Origin: Candidatus Eiseniibacteriota bacterium
Lineage (GTDB): Bacteria > ARS69
Length of the DNA stretch: 48,974 nucleotides
Direction of reading: 5' to 3'
NCBI GenBank assembly: GCA_052390515.1
Contig: JBQTGV010000019.1
Span: 1 to 48,974, forward strand
Below, piece after piece: positions 35,662 to 45,278 of this stretch. The notes beneath the pieces are model-generated. The model did not search any database. It was not told the origin of the DNA and worked only from the letters and a program-made list of their open reading frames with translations. The position numbers were made by a program, and so were the translations under genes. Position 1 is the stretch's first letter, and each line of letters begins with the position of its first letter.

Positions 35662-37293
35662 TCAGTGCGTTCCGAGCACCATCCTGCGCAGCTTTCGGGT
35701 GAGTTCGACGTCGACCTCACCACCCGCGTGCGCCTCGTGGCCGCGGAGGCGCCACACCTCGATCTCCCGGCCCGACCGGCTCGCCGCGCCCGTGGCCGAG
35801 TCGACCCGCTCCCAGCGGTCCGCGAACCTCGCCACGACCTCGCGCAGCAGGCGGTGGTGTGCCTGCGGCGTGGCCTCCGAACCGTCCATCACCAGGACTC
35901 CGACCGGAACTCCGTCCAGGTACTCCATGAGCTGCTCGGGTGTGTCGAAGAGCGAGCTGTAGCCTTCGCCCATCCAGCCGCTCTCGGAGAGCACCTTGCT
36001 CGCGCGGAGCACGACGTGGCCCGGCCGCTTCTCCCGCATGGCGATCTCGGCGACCAGCATGCCCTCGCCGAGCGCGTCGCCGGACACGAGCAGCACCGAC
36101 TCGGAGAGATCGTCCCGGGAGAGCAGGTCCGCGGCGAGCTCGGAGAACCCGTGCGAACGCTTCGGCGGCATCCCCACGACGTTCGTCGCCGCGAAGGCCA
36201 CGAGCGCAGCACCCACGACCGGAGCTTTCCAGGGGGCGCCGGGCATCCCGGCTCGCGAGAGGAGCCAGCCCAGTCCGGCGGCGGCGAAGAGCACGAGCGC
36301 GGGCACGGCGGGGAGCGCATGGCGCGCATCGGCGGTGACCGGCGAGAGGATGCGGAACCCGATCACGCTGACAGCAAGACCCGCGGCGGCGGCCCACGTT
36401 CCGGACACGCGCTGCCGGGTGAAGAGCGGGACGAGCACCTTCGCGAACAGTCCGATCAGAGCGAACGGCACGAGGACCCACCCGGTCCGCGCGAGCCAGT
36501 CGACGCGGAACCGCGGCGTCCACTCCGGCCCCGCGACGACGAACTGCAACGGGACGGCGGACTGGTGCATCGCGTTGGGGGCCAGCAGGTACCACGGTCC
36601 GGCGACGGCGGCGACCACGAGCGCGGAGAGCCAGAACGAAGGCCGCAGCAGCAGACCGAAGCGGAGCGTGAGCAGCAGGCAAACCGCCGGAAGCACGGCG
36701 AGCGCCAGGCCGGTTCCCTTGTTCAGGATGGTGGCCGCTGCGAGCAGCCCGAACATCACGCTCCGCTTCCAGTGCGGCTCGTCGAGATAGCGTCCGAGCG
36801 CGACGGCCGCGCCGAAGGCCAGCAGCGCGTGCAGCAGGTCCGACATCACCGCACGCGTGAACTCCTGAACGAGCGGCAGCGTGATGAGCAGCGCACCGGC
36901 GGCGAGTCCGGCGAGCGCACCGAACTCCTTGGCCACCTCCCGGTAGACGAGCAGGGCGAGCAACGCGGCCAGCAGCGCGAGGAGCAGCATCACCGAAGCT
37001 CGCGACGCGCCGAACGGCAGGGTCCACACCGCCTGAGCCACGTAGAAGGCCGGCGGCCAGTGTCCGAACGCGACCTTGGGGTAGTGCAGGTAGTAGTCCT
37101 GCGCGTAGGCCATCGGCGCGACGCGAGCCATCGAGGCCACGTAGTCCCGCACCATCAGCCCGGTCACGTAGTGCGCCGGCTCGTCGTGGTAGTCGCCGAA
37201 CTCGGTGCGGTAGGCCTGGGCGCGCCACTGCAGGGACGCGGCGAGGATCCAGAACGCGAGGAGAGCGAGCAACGACCGGGGGCGAAAAGTCAC
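35662..37293 (-). CDS. GT-C (GT39/ArnT/PMT-like) membrane glycosyltransferase
   Basis: HDEPAHY luminal acidic motif, HWPPAFY, many TMs, PWY; GTG start 37293. Confidence 0.8.
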   Translation of the reverse strand: MTFRPRSLLALLAFWILAASLQWRAQAYRTEFGDYHDEPAHYVTGLMVRDYVASMARVAPMAYAQDYYLHYPKVAFGHWPPAFYVAQAVWTLPFGASRASVMLLLALLAALLALLVYREVAKEFGALAGLAAGALLITLPLVQEFTRAVMSDLLHALLAFGAAVALGRYLDEPHWKRSVMFGLLAAATILNKGTGLALAVLPAVCLLLTLRFGLLLRPSFWLSALVVAAVAGPWYLLAPNAMHQSAVPLQFVVAGPEWTPRFRVDWLARTGWVLVPFALIGLFAKVLVPLFTRQRVSGTWAAAAGLAVSVIGFRILSPVTADARHALPAVPALVLFAAAGLGWLLSRAGMPGAPWKAPVVGAALVAFAATNVVGMPPKRSHGFSELAADLLSRDDLSESVLLVSGDALGEGMLVAEIAMREKRPGHVVLRASKVLSESGWMGEGYSSLFDTPEQLMEYLDGVPVGVLVMDGSEATPQAHHRLLREVVARFADRWERVDSATGAASRSGREIEVWRLRGHEAHAGGEVDVELTRKLRRMVLGTH

Positions 37294-37326
37294 GAGCCGG
37301 TCTCGGTCTCCGTGTGAGGGGCGGAC

Positions 37327-37347
37327 AAGCGACGGGCGATCATAGCA
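37327..37347 (-). promoter_or_regulatory. Extended -10 promoter motif, copy 2
   Basis: TGCTATGATCGCCCGTCGCTT on the minus strand. Confidence 0.6.
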
Positions 37348-37459
37348 GCGCGGCGAGGGGCGTGGAAGCGGCGGCGCTTGTCCGGTCGGAAGCCACGCCG
37401 TATCCTGCCGGCCGACTCGCGCGCCAGCGCACGAAGCCCTTCGTCGAGGAACCAGTCGG

Positions 37460-38680
37460 TTGAGCCGTGAGAGCAACTCGCCCGGCGGAGAGGGCCTCCG
37501 GATCGGGATCGACGGCACGTGCCTCGCGCTCTCGCGGGGGTACGGGCGCTTCCTGCGCGAGCTCATGCCGCCGCTCCTCGAGCTCGACCGGCGCAACGAG
37601 TACGTCGTGTTCGTGGACCGCCACGCGGCACGCCGCATCCCGGATCTGCGCGCGCGCGTGATCGAGGCGCCCACCTCCGAGAGTCAGGTGGACACCGCCT
37701 CGGCTCGCGGCAACCGCAGTCTCCGCGACGTCTGGGTCATGAGCCGCACGGTGTCCCGGGAGCCTCTCGACGTCCTGTACTTCCCCTCGGTCTTCTCGTG
37801 GTTCCCGGTGCGGACGCGCGCGCGGATCGCCGTGGCGTTCCACGACACGATCGCGGAGCGACACGCGCGTGTCGTGTTCCCCACGCTTCGCACCCGCTGG
37901 CTCTGGAAGCTCAAGGTGGAGCTCGCGCGGCGGCAGTCCCACGGCATCATCACCGTGTCGGAGTGGTCCAAGCGCTCCCTCGCCGACTGGTTCGGGATCC
38001 CCGCCGAGCGCATCTTCGTGACTCCGGAGGCGCCGGCGCCGCTGTTCCGTCCGGCGGAGGACGCCGCGCCGCGCACGCGCTGGCTCGCGGCCCGAGGAAT
38101 CCCCGGGGACGCGAGCTACCTTCTCTACGTCGGCGGGTTCAATCCGCACAAGAACCTCGGCAAGCTGCTGCGCGCCTTCGCCGACGTCCGCCGCACGGTC
38201 CCGCAGTCCGATCTTCGCCTCATCCTCGTCGGCGATCACGCGGGAGACACGTTCCACTCGGAGGTGCAGTCGCTCCGCGGGCAGATCGCCGCCGCGGCGC
38301 TCGAGCAGCGCGTGCACTTCGCCGGCTTCGTCCCCGACGAGGAGCTGCGGCACGTCTATGCGGGGGCGGTCGCGCTGGTGATGCCGTCGCTGGAGGAGGG
38401 CTTCGGGCTGCCGGCGGTGGAAGCCGCAGCCTGCGGAGCGCCCTGCGTGGCGACGAGGAACAGCCCGCTGCCGGAAGTGCTGGAGGGCGGCGGGCTTTTC
38501 GTCGATCCGGAGAATCAGGAGGAGATCACCGCCGCGGTGCGCCGCATCGTCCAGGACCCGGCTTCCCGCGACGCGCTGGCGGCGAAGGCGCTGGAGAGGT
38601 GCCGGGTGCTGTCCTGGCGGGTGACCGCCGAGCGGACGCGGCATGCCCTGGAGACGATCGCGGGAAGGGAGAGCGTGTGA
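37460..38680 (+). CDS. GT4 glycosyltransferase
   Basis: RIGIDG, GYGRF, YVGGFNPHKNL, PSLEEGFGLPAVEA; start uncertain. Confidence 0.93.
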   Translation: MSRESNSPGGEGLRIGIDGTCLALSRGYGRFLRELMPPLLELDRRNEYVVFVDRHAARRIPDLRARVIEAPTSESQVDTASARGNRSLRDVWVMSRTVSREPLDVLYFPSVFSWFPVRTRARIAVAFHDTIAERHARVVFPTLRTRWLWKLKVELARRQSHGIITVSEWSKRSLADWFGIPAERIFVTPEAPAPLFRPAEDAAPRTRWLAARGIPGDASYLLYVGGFNPHKNLGKLLRAFADVRRTVPQSDLRLILVGDHAGDTFHSEVQSLRGQIAAAALEQRVHFAGFVPDEELRHVYAGAVALVMPSLEEGFGLPAVEAAACGAPCVATRNSPLPEVLEGGGLFVDPENQEEITAAVRRIVQDPASRDALAAKALERCRVLSWRVTAERTRHALETIAGRESV

Positions 38681-40101
38681 GCGAACGACGTGTGCTGATT
38701 CTCGGAGCCGGTCCGGCCGGGCTGGGTGCTGCGCTCCGTCTCGCGCGGCGTGGCTTCTCCGTCGAGGTGCTGGAGCGCAGGGAGCTGGTCGGGGGCAACG
38801 CCGCGAGCTTCGACGTCGACGGCCTGCGCGCGGACTACGGGAGCCACCGCCTGCATCCGGCCACCGACCCGGAGATCCTCGCCGAGCTGCGCACGCTCCT
38901 CGGCGAAGACCTGCTCACGCGCCCGCGGCACGGTCGGATCCGGCTGTCCGGGCGCTGGATCCACTTCCCGCTGAAGCTCGGGGACCTCGTCGTGCATGCA
39001 CCCCCGGCCTTCGCGTTCGGCGTCGGGCTGGACCTCGTGGGGAAGGTGTTCGCGGGCGGATCCGCCTCGCGCGAGGACACGTTCGCCTCAGTGCTCCGCC
39101 GCGGCCTCGGCCGCACGATCTGCGAGGAGTTCTACTTTCCCTTCGCGCGGAAGATCTGGGGCCTCGATCCCGCGGAGCTCTCCCCGATCCAGGCGCGCCG
39201 GCGCGTCTCGGCCGGCTCGATCGCCAAGATGCTCAAGCGGCTCCGGCCCAGCTCGAAGGCGGACGGGAAGCCGGGGTCGGCGAAGTCGTTCTTCTACTAC
39301 CCGCGGCGGGGGTTCGGGCAGATTTCCGATCGCTTGCACGAGGCGGCGGTGCAGGCCGGGGCGAAGGTCACGCTCGGCGCCGCGGTCGAGCGCGTCGAGC
39401 TTCGCCGGCCGGGCTTCGCGGTGACGTCGGGGTCGGGCGGCGAGAGCTCCGTCCGTGACGCCTCTGCGCTGTGGTCGACCATCCCCGCGCCGCTGCTCGT
39501 GACGCTGATCGAGCCGCGTGCGCCTGCGGACGTTCTCGAAGCCGCGGGACGGCTCGAGCTGCGGGCCATGGTGCTGGTCTATCTCGTGCTCGATCAGGGC
39601 CAGTACACCGAGTTCGACGCCCACTACTTCCCGGGTCGCGACGTCCCCTTCACGCGGCTCTCCGAGCCGAAGAACTACGCCGCGGTCACCGAGCCCCGCG
39701 ACCGCACTCTGCTCTGCGCGGAGATGCCGTGCTCGCCAGCCGACCCGCTGTGGAAGATGACCGACGCGGAGCTCGGACGCATGGTCCTCGAGGGGTTGCG
39801 CGCCGCCGGGCTGCCGGCCCCACGCGGAGTGCGCAGCGTGCAGTCGCGGCGGCTGGCGCAGGCCTATCCCATCTACCGGAGCGGCTACGAGGCGCACTTC
39901 GAGCGCGTGGACGGATGGTTGGCCGGCATCGAGGGGCTGCTGAGCTTCGGCCGGCAGGGGCTCTTCGCCCACGACAACACGCACCACACGCTGGCCATGG
40001 CGCACGCCGCCGTCGGCTGCCTCCGCGACGACGGCACCCTTGATCAGGACGAGTGGGCCCGGCACCGGCGGATCTTCGAGACCCACGTCGTCGAGGATTG
40101 A
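38677..40101 (+). CDS. Second FAD-dependent UGM/PPO-like enzyme
   Basis: GAGPAGL, DYGSHRLH, AYPIY, GRQGLFAHDNTHH; GTGA-coupled start. Confidence 0.88.
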   Translation: MSERRVLILGAGPAGLGAALRLARRGFSVEVLERRELVGGNAASFDVDGLRADYGSHRLHPATDPEILAELRTLLGEDLLTRPRHGRIRLSGRWIHFPLKLGDLVVHAPPAFAFGVGLDLVGKVFAGGSASREDTFASVLRRGLGRTICEEFYFPFARKIWGLDPAELSPIQARRRVSAGSIAKMLKRLRPSSKADGKPGSAKSFFYYPRRGFGQISDRLHEAAVQAGAKVTLGAAVERVELRRPGFAVTSGSGGESSVRDASALWSTIPAPLLVTLIEPRAPADVLEAAGRLELRAMVLVYLVLDQGQYTEFDAHYFPGRDVPFTRLSEPKNYAAVTEPRDRTLLCAEMPCSPADPLWKMTDAELGRMVLEGLRAAGLPAPRGVRSVQSRRLAQAYPIYRSGYEAHFERVDGWLAGIEGLLSFGRQGLFAHDNTHHTLAMAHAAVGCLRDDGTLDQDEWARHRRIFETHVVED

Positions 40102-40113
40102 AGCGCGACGTTG

Positions 40114-40707
40114 CTAATAGACGAACGGGATGAACCGCTTCGTCTGGCGGATGTACTCGTCGTACCCGGTCAGAGTGGAGCGCAGCAGCGCCTCTTCGCG
40201 GATGGCCTGCCGGGTGACGGAGTAAGCCAGTCCGAGCACGGCCAGCACGAGCCAGGAGTTCAACGCCAGCTCGAGGCCGATGAGCAGGACCAGGTCTCCG
40301 GCGTAGATCGGGTGCCGGATGTACCGGTACACGCCGTGCGCCACGAGATGCTGGCTGGAGTGCACTCCGGCGCGCTCGATGTCCGCCCAGTTGTGCCCGA
40401 GCTGCACGCGGCCGAGGATGGCGGTCATCAGGCCGACCCCGAAGAGGATGGCCCCGGCCATACGCAGCGGCCCCGCGTCCTCGGCGATGGGAAGGACCGC
40501 CGCCCACGGATCGGGGATCAGCGTCTGGGCCACGATCGCGGCCAGGAACAGCGCCTTGGTGAAGCGTATGAAGTGGAAGCGGACGCCGGAGGTGGCCGGC
40601 TGGATCTCCTGCCAGTGCGGCTCGCGGCGCTTCATCACTTCCCACACGAGCTTGTGCCCCAGCAGTCCACCGAGCAGGTAGGCGCGCAAAGCGAGGACCG
40701 TCCACAT
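40114..40707 (-). CDS. ICMT/PEMT-family membrane methyltransferase
   Basis: QLGHNW, LVAHGVYRYIRHPIYAG, EEALL, Y.RQTKRFIPFVY. Confidence 0.9.
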   Translation of the reverse strand: MWTVLALRAYLLGGLLGHKLVWEVMKRREPHWQEIQPATSGVRFHFIRFTKALFLAAIVAQTLIPDPWAAVLPIAEDAGPLRMAGAILFGVGLMTAILGRVQLGHNWADIERAGVHSSQHLVAHGVYRYIRHPIYAGDLVLLIGLELALNSWLVLAVLGLAYSVTRQAIREEALLRSTLTGYDEYIRQTKRFIPFVY

Positions 40708-40714
40708 GGGCGTC

Positions 40715-41665
40715 TCAGACACCTGGGCGTCGCAGGGGTTCCGCGTCAGGCTCGCGCACTTCGGCGACATCGGCCGGCGCGGCGCTGACCACGATGTTCG
40801 GGTTGAGCCGGCCGAACCGCGTGGCCATGGCGTCGCCCAGCATGCCGATCATCAGGACGAGCAGCGCGGCGAGCAGCGCGAGGATCGCGGTGGCGGAAAC
40901 GTTGGGGTCCCGCATGATGACGAGGTCGAGGAACGCCTTGCCCGCGCCGTACGCGAGGCACACGCCGACGACGGGCAGGAACACGCGCAGCGGGCGGAAG
41001 AGCATCGCCGTCCGCAGGATCAGGATGGCGAAGCTCCCGGCATCCCACGGCACGATCTTGGACTTTCCGGTCCGCGGCCGGTAATCGATGGGGATGTAGC
41101 GGACCGCGTAGTGATCGCAGTGCATGGCCATGGTGATGGTCGTGGTGAAGCTGAACTGGTCCGGGAGGATGGCGAAGTACTGCGCCACGACATCGCGGCG
41201 GAACAGACGCAGGCCGCTGTTCAGATCCGGGATGCGCGCGCCCGACACGTAGTTCGCCAGCCTGTTGAGCAGCCATTTCGCGGGCCGGCGCACCAGCGGG
41301 ATGCTCACGCTCTTGCCGATGCGCGCGCCGACGACCATGTCCGCGTTCTGGAGCTGGCGGTACATCTCAGGCAGGTACTCGCTCGGGTAGGTCCCGTCCG
41401 CGTCGGTGATGGCGATGAGGTCGTGCGTCGCGGCGCGGATACCGGTCTTGAGGGACGCCCCGTACCCGCGGTTGCTGCGGTGGCGAAGCACGCGCGCCCC
41501 GGCGCCCACGGCCGCGTCGGCGGTCGCGTCGGCGGATCCGTCGTCCACCACCAGGATCTCGGCGTCGATCCCGCTCCGCCCGAGCGTGCCGCGCAGCTCG
41601 GAGACGACCGCACCGATGCCGCGCTCCTCGTTGTAGGCCGGAATGACGACGCTCAAGGTGCTCAC
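40715..41665 (-). CDS. GT2 polyprenyl-phosphate glycosyltransferase (DPM1/GtrB-like)
   Basis: VIPAYNEE, VDDGSAD, NRGYGA, DADGTY, DLNSGLR, YRPRTGKSK; two C-terminal TMs. Confidence 0.9.
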   Translation of the reverse strand: MSTLSVVIPAYNEERGIGAVVSELRGTLGRSGIDAEILVVDDGSADATADAAVGAGARVLRHRSNRGYGASLKTGIRAATHDLIAITDADGTYPSEYLPEMYRQLQNADMVVGARIGKSVSIPLVRRPAKWLLNRLANYVSGARIPDLNSGLRLFRRDVVAQYFAILPDQFSFTTTITMAMHCDHYAVRYIPIDYRPRTGKSKIVPWDAGSFAILILRTAMLFRPLRVFLPVVGVCLAYGAGKAFLDLVIMRDPNVSATAILALLAALLVLMIGMLGDAMATRFGRLNPNIVVSAAPADVAEVREPDAEPLRRPGV

Positions 41666-43347
41666 GATCCCGACGCTCCCTGCGGAGGCCTGCTCTTCAC
41701 CACCACGACATCCCCGTTCCCGAGCGTTCCCCGAAAGACGCGGGCCACCTCGAACTCCGACTGCACCGTGCCCCACACATCGGGATGCCAGGCCTCGAGC
41801 TGGATGGGCAGCGTGTACACCAGCCAGACGGTCGCGTGGGATCCCCGCAGGTCCTCCAGCTCCTCCGCCGTCTCCGGCACCGGCCAGTCCGGCGCAAAGT
41901 AGCGCCCGAACACGGCTCCTGCAAGGCCGACCGCCACCGCCACGTCGCCCGGGCCCATCTCGGCCAGGACGAAGTCGCGCGCGCCCGAGAAGTCCTGCTT
42001 GGGGAGGGCGTACACGCGGGGCAGCGTCAGCGCGGACACGACCACCACGAGGGCCATGCCGGCAGAGGCGGCGCCCTCCGCGAACCGCCGCGCCGCGCCG
42101 AACGGGGCGAGCAGGAGACGGGGGACCTCGCGGATGCCGCGGGCCAGGGCGAGCAGCGCGAAGCCCATGCAGAAGAAGAAGAACCGCGGCCAGAGGTTGT
42201 GGCCCAGCGCCAGCATCGCCCCGGCTCCGAGCACGCCGGGGAGGACCATGGCGAGCGCGGCGGCGCGGTCGCTGCGCGCCAGGGAGATCCACCCGGCGGC
42301 GAGCACGGCGAAGCCCAGGGCCGCCGCGGCGCCGACCACGCCCGCATCGGCCAGCCGGGCTGCGGTCTCCCGGAACACCCAGAAGGGGTCGGTCCACTCC
42401 GAGTCCAGCGACACCTCGTGCACGGCGGACCCGAGGAATTCCGGGAGCGACAGCGCGTAGAGCTGGGCCGTGGCCGTACCGGCGAGCACCCAGGCGGCCA
42501 GCGCCGGAAGCACCGCGGGCCGGCGCCTGCCCCGGCTCGGCGCGGCCAGCTCCAGCGCGTGCACGAGCGCATGCGCCGCGGCCACGAACAGCATGGTCAT
42601 GTGGATGGAGAGGCCCGCCACGAGGGACGCGGCGTACGCAGCCCACCAGCGCGCGCGCCGCCGCTCGAGCGCCTCGAGATAGAGCCACGTGGCCAGCACC
42701 GTGAAGAAGAGGAGACCGGAGTACCCGCGCGCGTTCTGCGAGAACCAGACGTGGTGATAGGAGAACGTGGCCAGAGCGGCGGCCATCCAGGCCTCACGCG
42801 CGCCGGCGATGCGTCGTCCGAGCACGAAGAGCGCCACGATCGAGCCGACGCCGAACAGGACCGCGGGGAGCCGCAGGGCGGCGGGCGTATCGCCGAAGGC
42901 CAGCAGGGAAAGGCGCCCCAGGATCGAGTACAGCATGTGCTGGTTCTGGTTCGGGAAGCTGGTGACGATCTCCGCGAGCGGCCGGCGGGCGAAGTCGGTG
43001 AACGTGAGCAGCTCGTCGACCCACAGATCCGTCCCCAACCGTACCAGCCGGAGCGCGAGCGCCACCGCCGCCAGCACGAGCAGCGCGAGCCAGGTTCCGC
43101 GCCCGATCCGGGCGGGGGAGCCTTCCGTTCCGGGACCGTCCGGCGCCGGCGCCGGCACGCCGCCACGCCACGCGGCGATGCCCAGCACGAGACCGTGGAA
43201 AACGAGGAGCCAGCGGAACAGGGCCGGTCCCCACTCGAGGCGTCCGGTCGCCGGGCCGAGCCGCGCGCGCTCGCCGGCCGGCGGCGACGCCACCGCGGCA
43301 AGGCCGAGGAGCGCGCACGCGGCGAAGGCGAAGGAGAGGCGGGGCAA
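41662..43347 (-). CDS. GT-C (GT39/PMT-like) membrane glycosyltransferase
   Basis: LRL..LG..LWVDE, LRLPAVLFG, HVWFSQNARGY, many TMs. Confidence 0.88.
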   Translation of the reverse strand: MPRLSFAFAACALLGLAAVASPPAGERARLGPATGRLEWGPALFRWLLVFHGLVLGIAAWRGGVPAPAPDGPGTEGSPARIGRGTWLALLVLAAVALALRLVRLGTDLWVDELLTFTDFARRPLAEIVTSFPNQNQHMLYSILGRLSLLAFGDTPAALRLPAVLFGVGSIVALFVLGRRIAGAREAWMAAALATFSYHHVWFSQNARGYSGLLFFTVLATWLYLEALERRRARWWAAYAASLVAGLSIHMTMLFVAAAHALVHALELAAPSRGRRRPAVLPALAAWVLAGTATAQLYALSLPEFLGSAVHEVSLDSEWTDPFWVFRETAARLADAGVVGAAAALGFAVLAAGWISLARSDRAAALAMVLPGVLGAGAMLALGHNLWPRFFFFCMGFALLALARGIREVPRLLLAPFGAARRFAEGAASAGMALVVVVSALTLPRVYALPKQDFSGARDFVLAEMGPGDVAVAVGLAGAVFGRYFAPDWPVPETAEELEDLRGSHATVWLVYTLPIQLEAWHPDVWGTVQSEFEVARVFRGTLGNGDVVVVKSRPPQGASGS

Positions 43348-43519
43348 TGGCGCTCTCTTGCGGGGAATCGGGCGAACTGTCCACCGGCATTGTCGGCGGC
43401 GGCGCCGGATTCCTCCACGGGAATCTCGAATCGAGCGACGGCTGGCGCGCCTTCCATCACCGAGTGGACCGCACCCCGATGTTGCCGGTCCCGGGCCGCG
43501 CGATTACGATCCCGCGACC

Positions 43520-45043
43520 ATGCGCGATCACCCCGTTCCGTGGCGAACGTCCCCCGGCTCGATCGCCGTTCGTCTGTTCCTCACTTGCTGGATCGTCTAC
43601 GTCCTGCACTTCGCCACGAACATCGTCCGCGAGATCTACCCCGCGCTCGCCCTGGGCGACCACTTCTCCTTCCGGGTCGACGAATACGCGCACATGCATC
43701 CCGACCTGTACGAGAAACCCGGGTACGGCTGGCACATCGGGAACAACCCGGGCGCATCGATGCTCGCCGCCATCCCCTATGCACTGGCGCGGCCCATCAT
43801 CGACCCCATCGTTGCGCGGGTGCAGGCCGCGCGGCAGGCCACCGGCCTGAGCGAGCCGCCCGCCTACGATTCGCCCTGGCCGATGGCGCGGGAGTTCTAC
43901 GCGGAGGCGTGGCGTCGCGGGCATGACATCAAGTTCGGGCTCGGGTCCCTCGTCATGCAGGCCTTCTGCATGGCGCCGAGCACGGCACTGGCGGTCGTCG
44001 CGGTCTTCCTCCTGCTGCGCCGGGTCTTCGGCTCGGACCGGACCGCGTTGTGGCTCGCTTTGCTCTACGCGTTCGGCACTCCGGCGTTCTTCCGCACCGG
44101 CTTCCTGAACCACAACCTGATGCTCGGCCACTTCGCGTTCTTCGGCTTCCTGGCGATGTGGAGCCCCGCGGGATCGGGCCGCTTCTCCCTGCGTACCCGG
44201 TTCCTGCTGGGGGGGCTCACCGGCGGAGCCGCGATCCTGTTCGACTACAGCGGCGTGGTGCTGCTGCTCGCGCTGTTCGCTTACGGTCTGATCCGGCGCC
44301 GGCTCGACGGCGCCCCGCTACCCGACGTCATCCGTCACGGGCTGTGGTACGTCGTCGGCACGCTCCCGCCCATCCTGCTGCTCTGGTTCTATCAGTGGAA
44401 GAGCTTCGGGCACCCCTTCTACCCGGGGCAGCACTGGATGCCGCCGGTCGAGTGGATCGAGCTCGGCTACCAGGGCTACGGCGTCCCGCAGCTCGAGCTC
44501 CTGGTGATGCTCGCGTTCGACGGGCGCTTCGGCATCTTCCCGACCTGCCCGCTCTTCTTGCTCGCGCTGGCCGCGCCCCTCCTGGACCGCGGCGGGAGCC
44601 GGCTGCTGCCGCGGGTGGAGCTGTGGGCCATGCTCGGGTTCTTCATCGCGCTGTGGGTCTTCTTCAGCGGCAGCAACTACACGCGGCTGCAGTTCAACAC
44701 CGGGATCCGCTACCTCGCCCCGGCGTTCCCGTTCCTGTTCGTGCCGGCGGTGGTGGCGCTCTCGCGGCTGCCCCGAGCGGTCGTCTACGGGGTGGCCGTG
44801 CTCTCCGTGGCGCACGCGTGGGCCCTGTCCATGTTCCGCGACGTGGAGCGCGGCCACGGGTTGCTGGATCCGCTCCTGCACGTCTTCCTCGGCGGCTTCC
44901 AGCTCCCCGTGCTCACCCGGCTGTCGCACATGGAGGCCTACCGCGGCTTCTTCGAGCTGGGGGTGTCCCCGCTGCCGCTCTTCGCGCTGGCCGGAGCCTT
45001 CATCTACGGCATCTGGACGCTCGGAGTCCGCCGGCAGTCGTGA
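43520..45043 (+). CDS. Polytopic membrane protein, probably GT-C-like
   Basis: About 10 TM segments, luminal loop, LYAFGTP, FGHPFYPG, RYLAP; start ATG 43520. Confidence 0.7.
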   Translation: MRDHPVPWRTSPGSIAVRLFLTCWIVYVLHFATNIVREIYPALALGDHFSFRVDEYAHMHPDLYEKPGYGWHIGNNPGASMLAAIPYALARPIIDPIVARVQAARQATGLSEPPAYDSPWPMAREFYAEAWRRGHDIKFGLGSLVMQAFCMAPSTALAVVAVFLLLRRVFGSDRTALWLALLYAFGTPAFFRTGFLNHNLMLGHFAFFGFLAMWSPAGSGRFSLRTRFLLGGLTGGAAILFDYSGVVLLLALFAYGLIRRRLDGAPLPDVIRHGLWYVVGTLPPILLLWFYQWKSFGHPFYPGQHWMPPVEWIELGYQGYGVPQLELLVMLAFDGRFGIFPTCPLFLLALAAPLLDRGGSRLLPRVELWAMLGFFIALWVFFSGSNYTRLQFNTGIRYLAPAFPFLFVPAVVALSRLPRAVVYGVAVLSVAHAWALSMFRDVERGHGLLDPLLHVFLGGFQLPVLTRLSHMEAYRGFFELGVSPLPLFALAGAFIYGIWTLGVRRQS

Positions 45044-45072
45044 TTGCGACGGAACGGGGGGGCGTGTAGACT
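45044..45072 (+). promoter_or_regulatory. sigma70-type promoter
   Basis: TTGCGA-N17-TAGACT. Confidence 0.6.
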
Positions 45073-45278
45073 ACGGACCCGGTCCGCTCCCCTTTCGGTC
45101 GTGGCTCTCAACCGGATCCCGCCTTCGACCGAAACCAGGGGGTGCCATGGGGCTCCGGTCGAGCCCGCCCCGCCCGAAGAGCGGACAGCGTTTGACTCCT
45201 TCCCGTCGCGGCTTGGCGCCACTCTGCGACGGACCTGGCGCGCCGGAGAACGCCGTGTTTCCTGAGACGGGACTCAAC

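Noticed and set aside
33376-40101. Protoporphyrinogen oxidase (hemY) call
   Set aside because: Context is entirely sugar metabolism and motifs fit the mutase-like clade better
26182-42688. Long N-terminal extensions of ORFs 26182-28527, 31005-33491, 37519-40101 and 40715-42688
   Set aside because: Stop-poor alternative frames of upstream genes in GC-rich DNA; true starts are at NTGA overlaps
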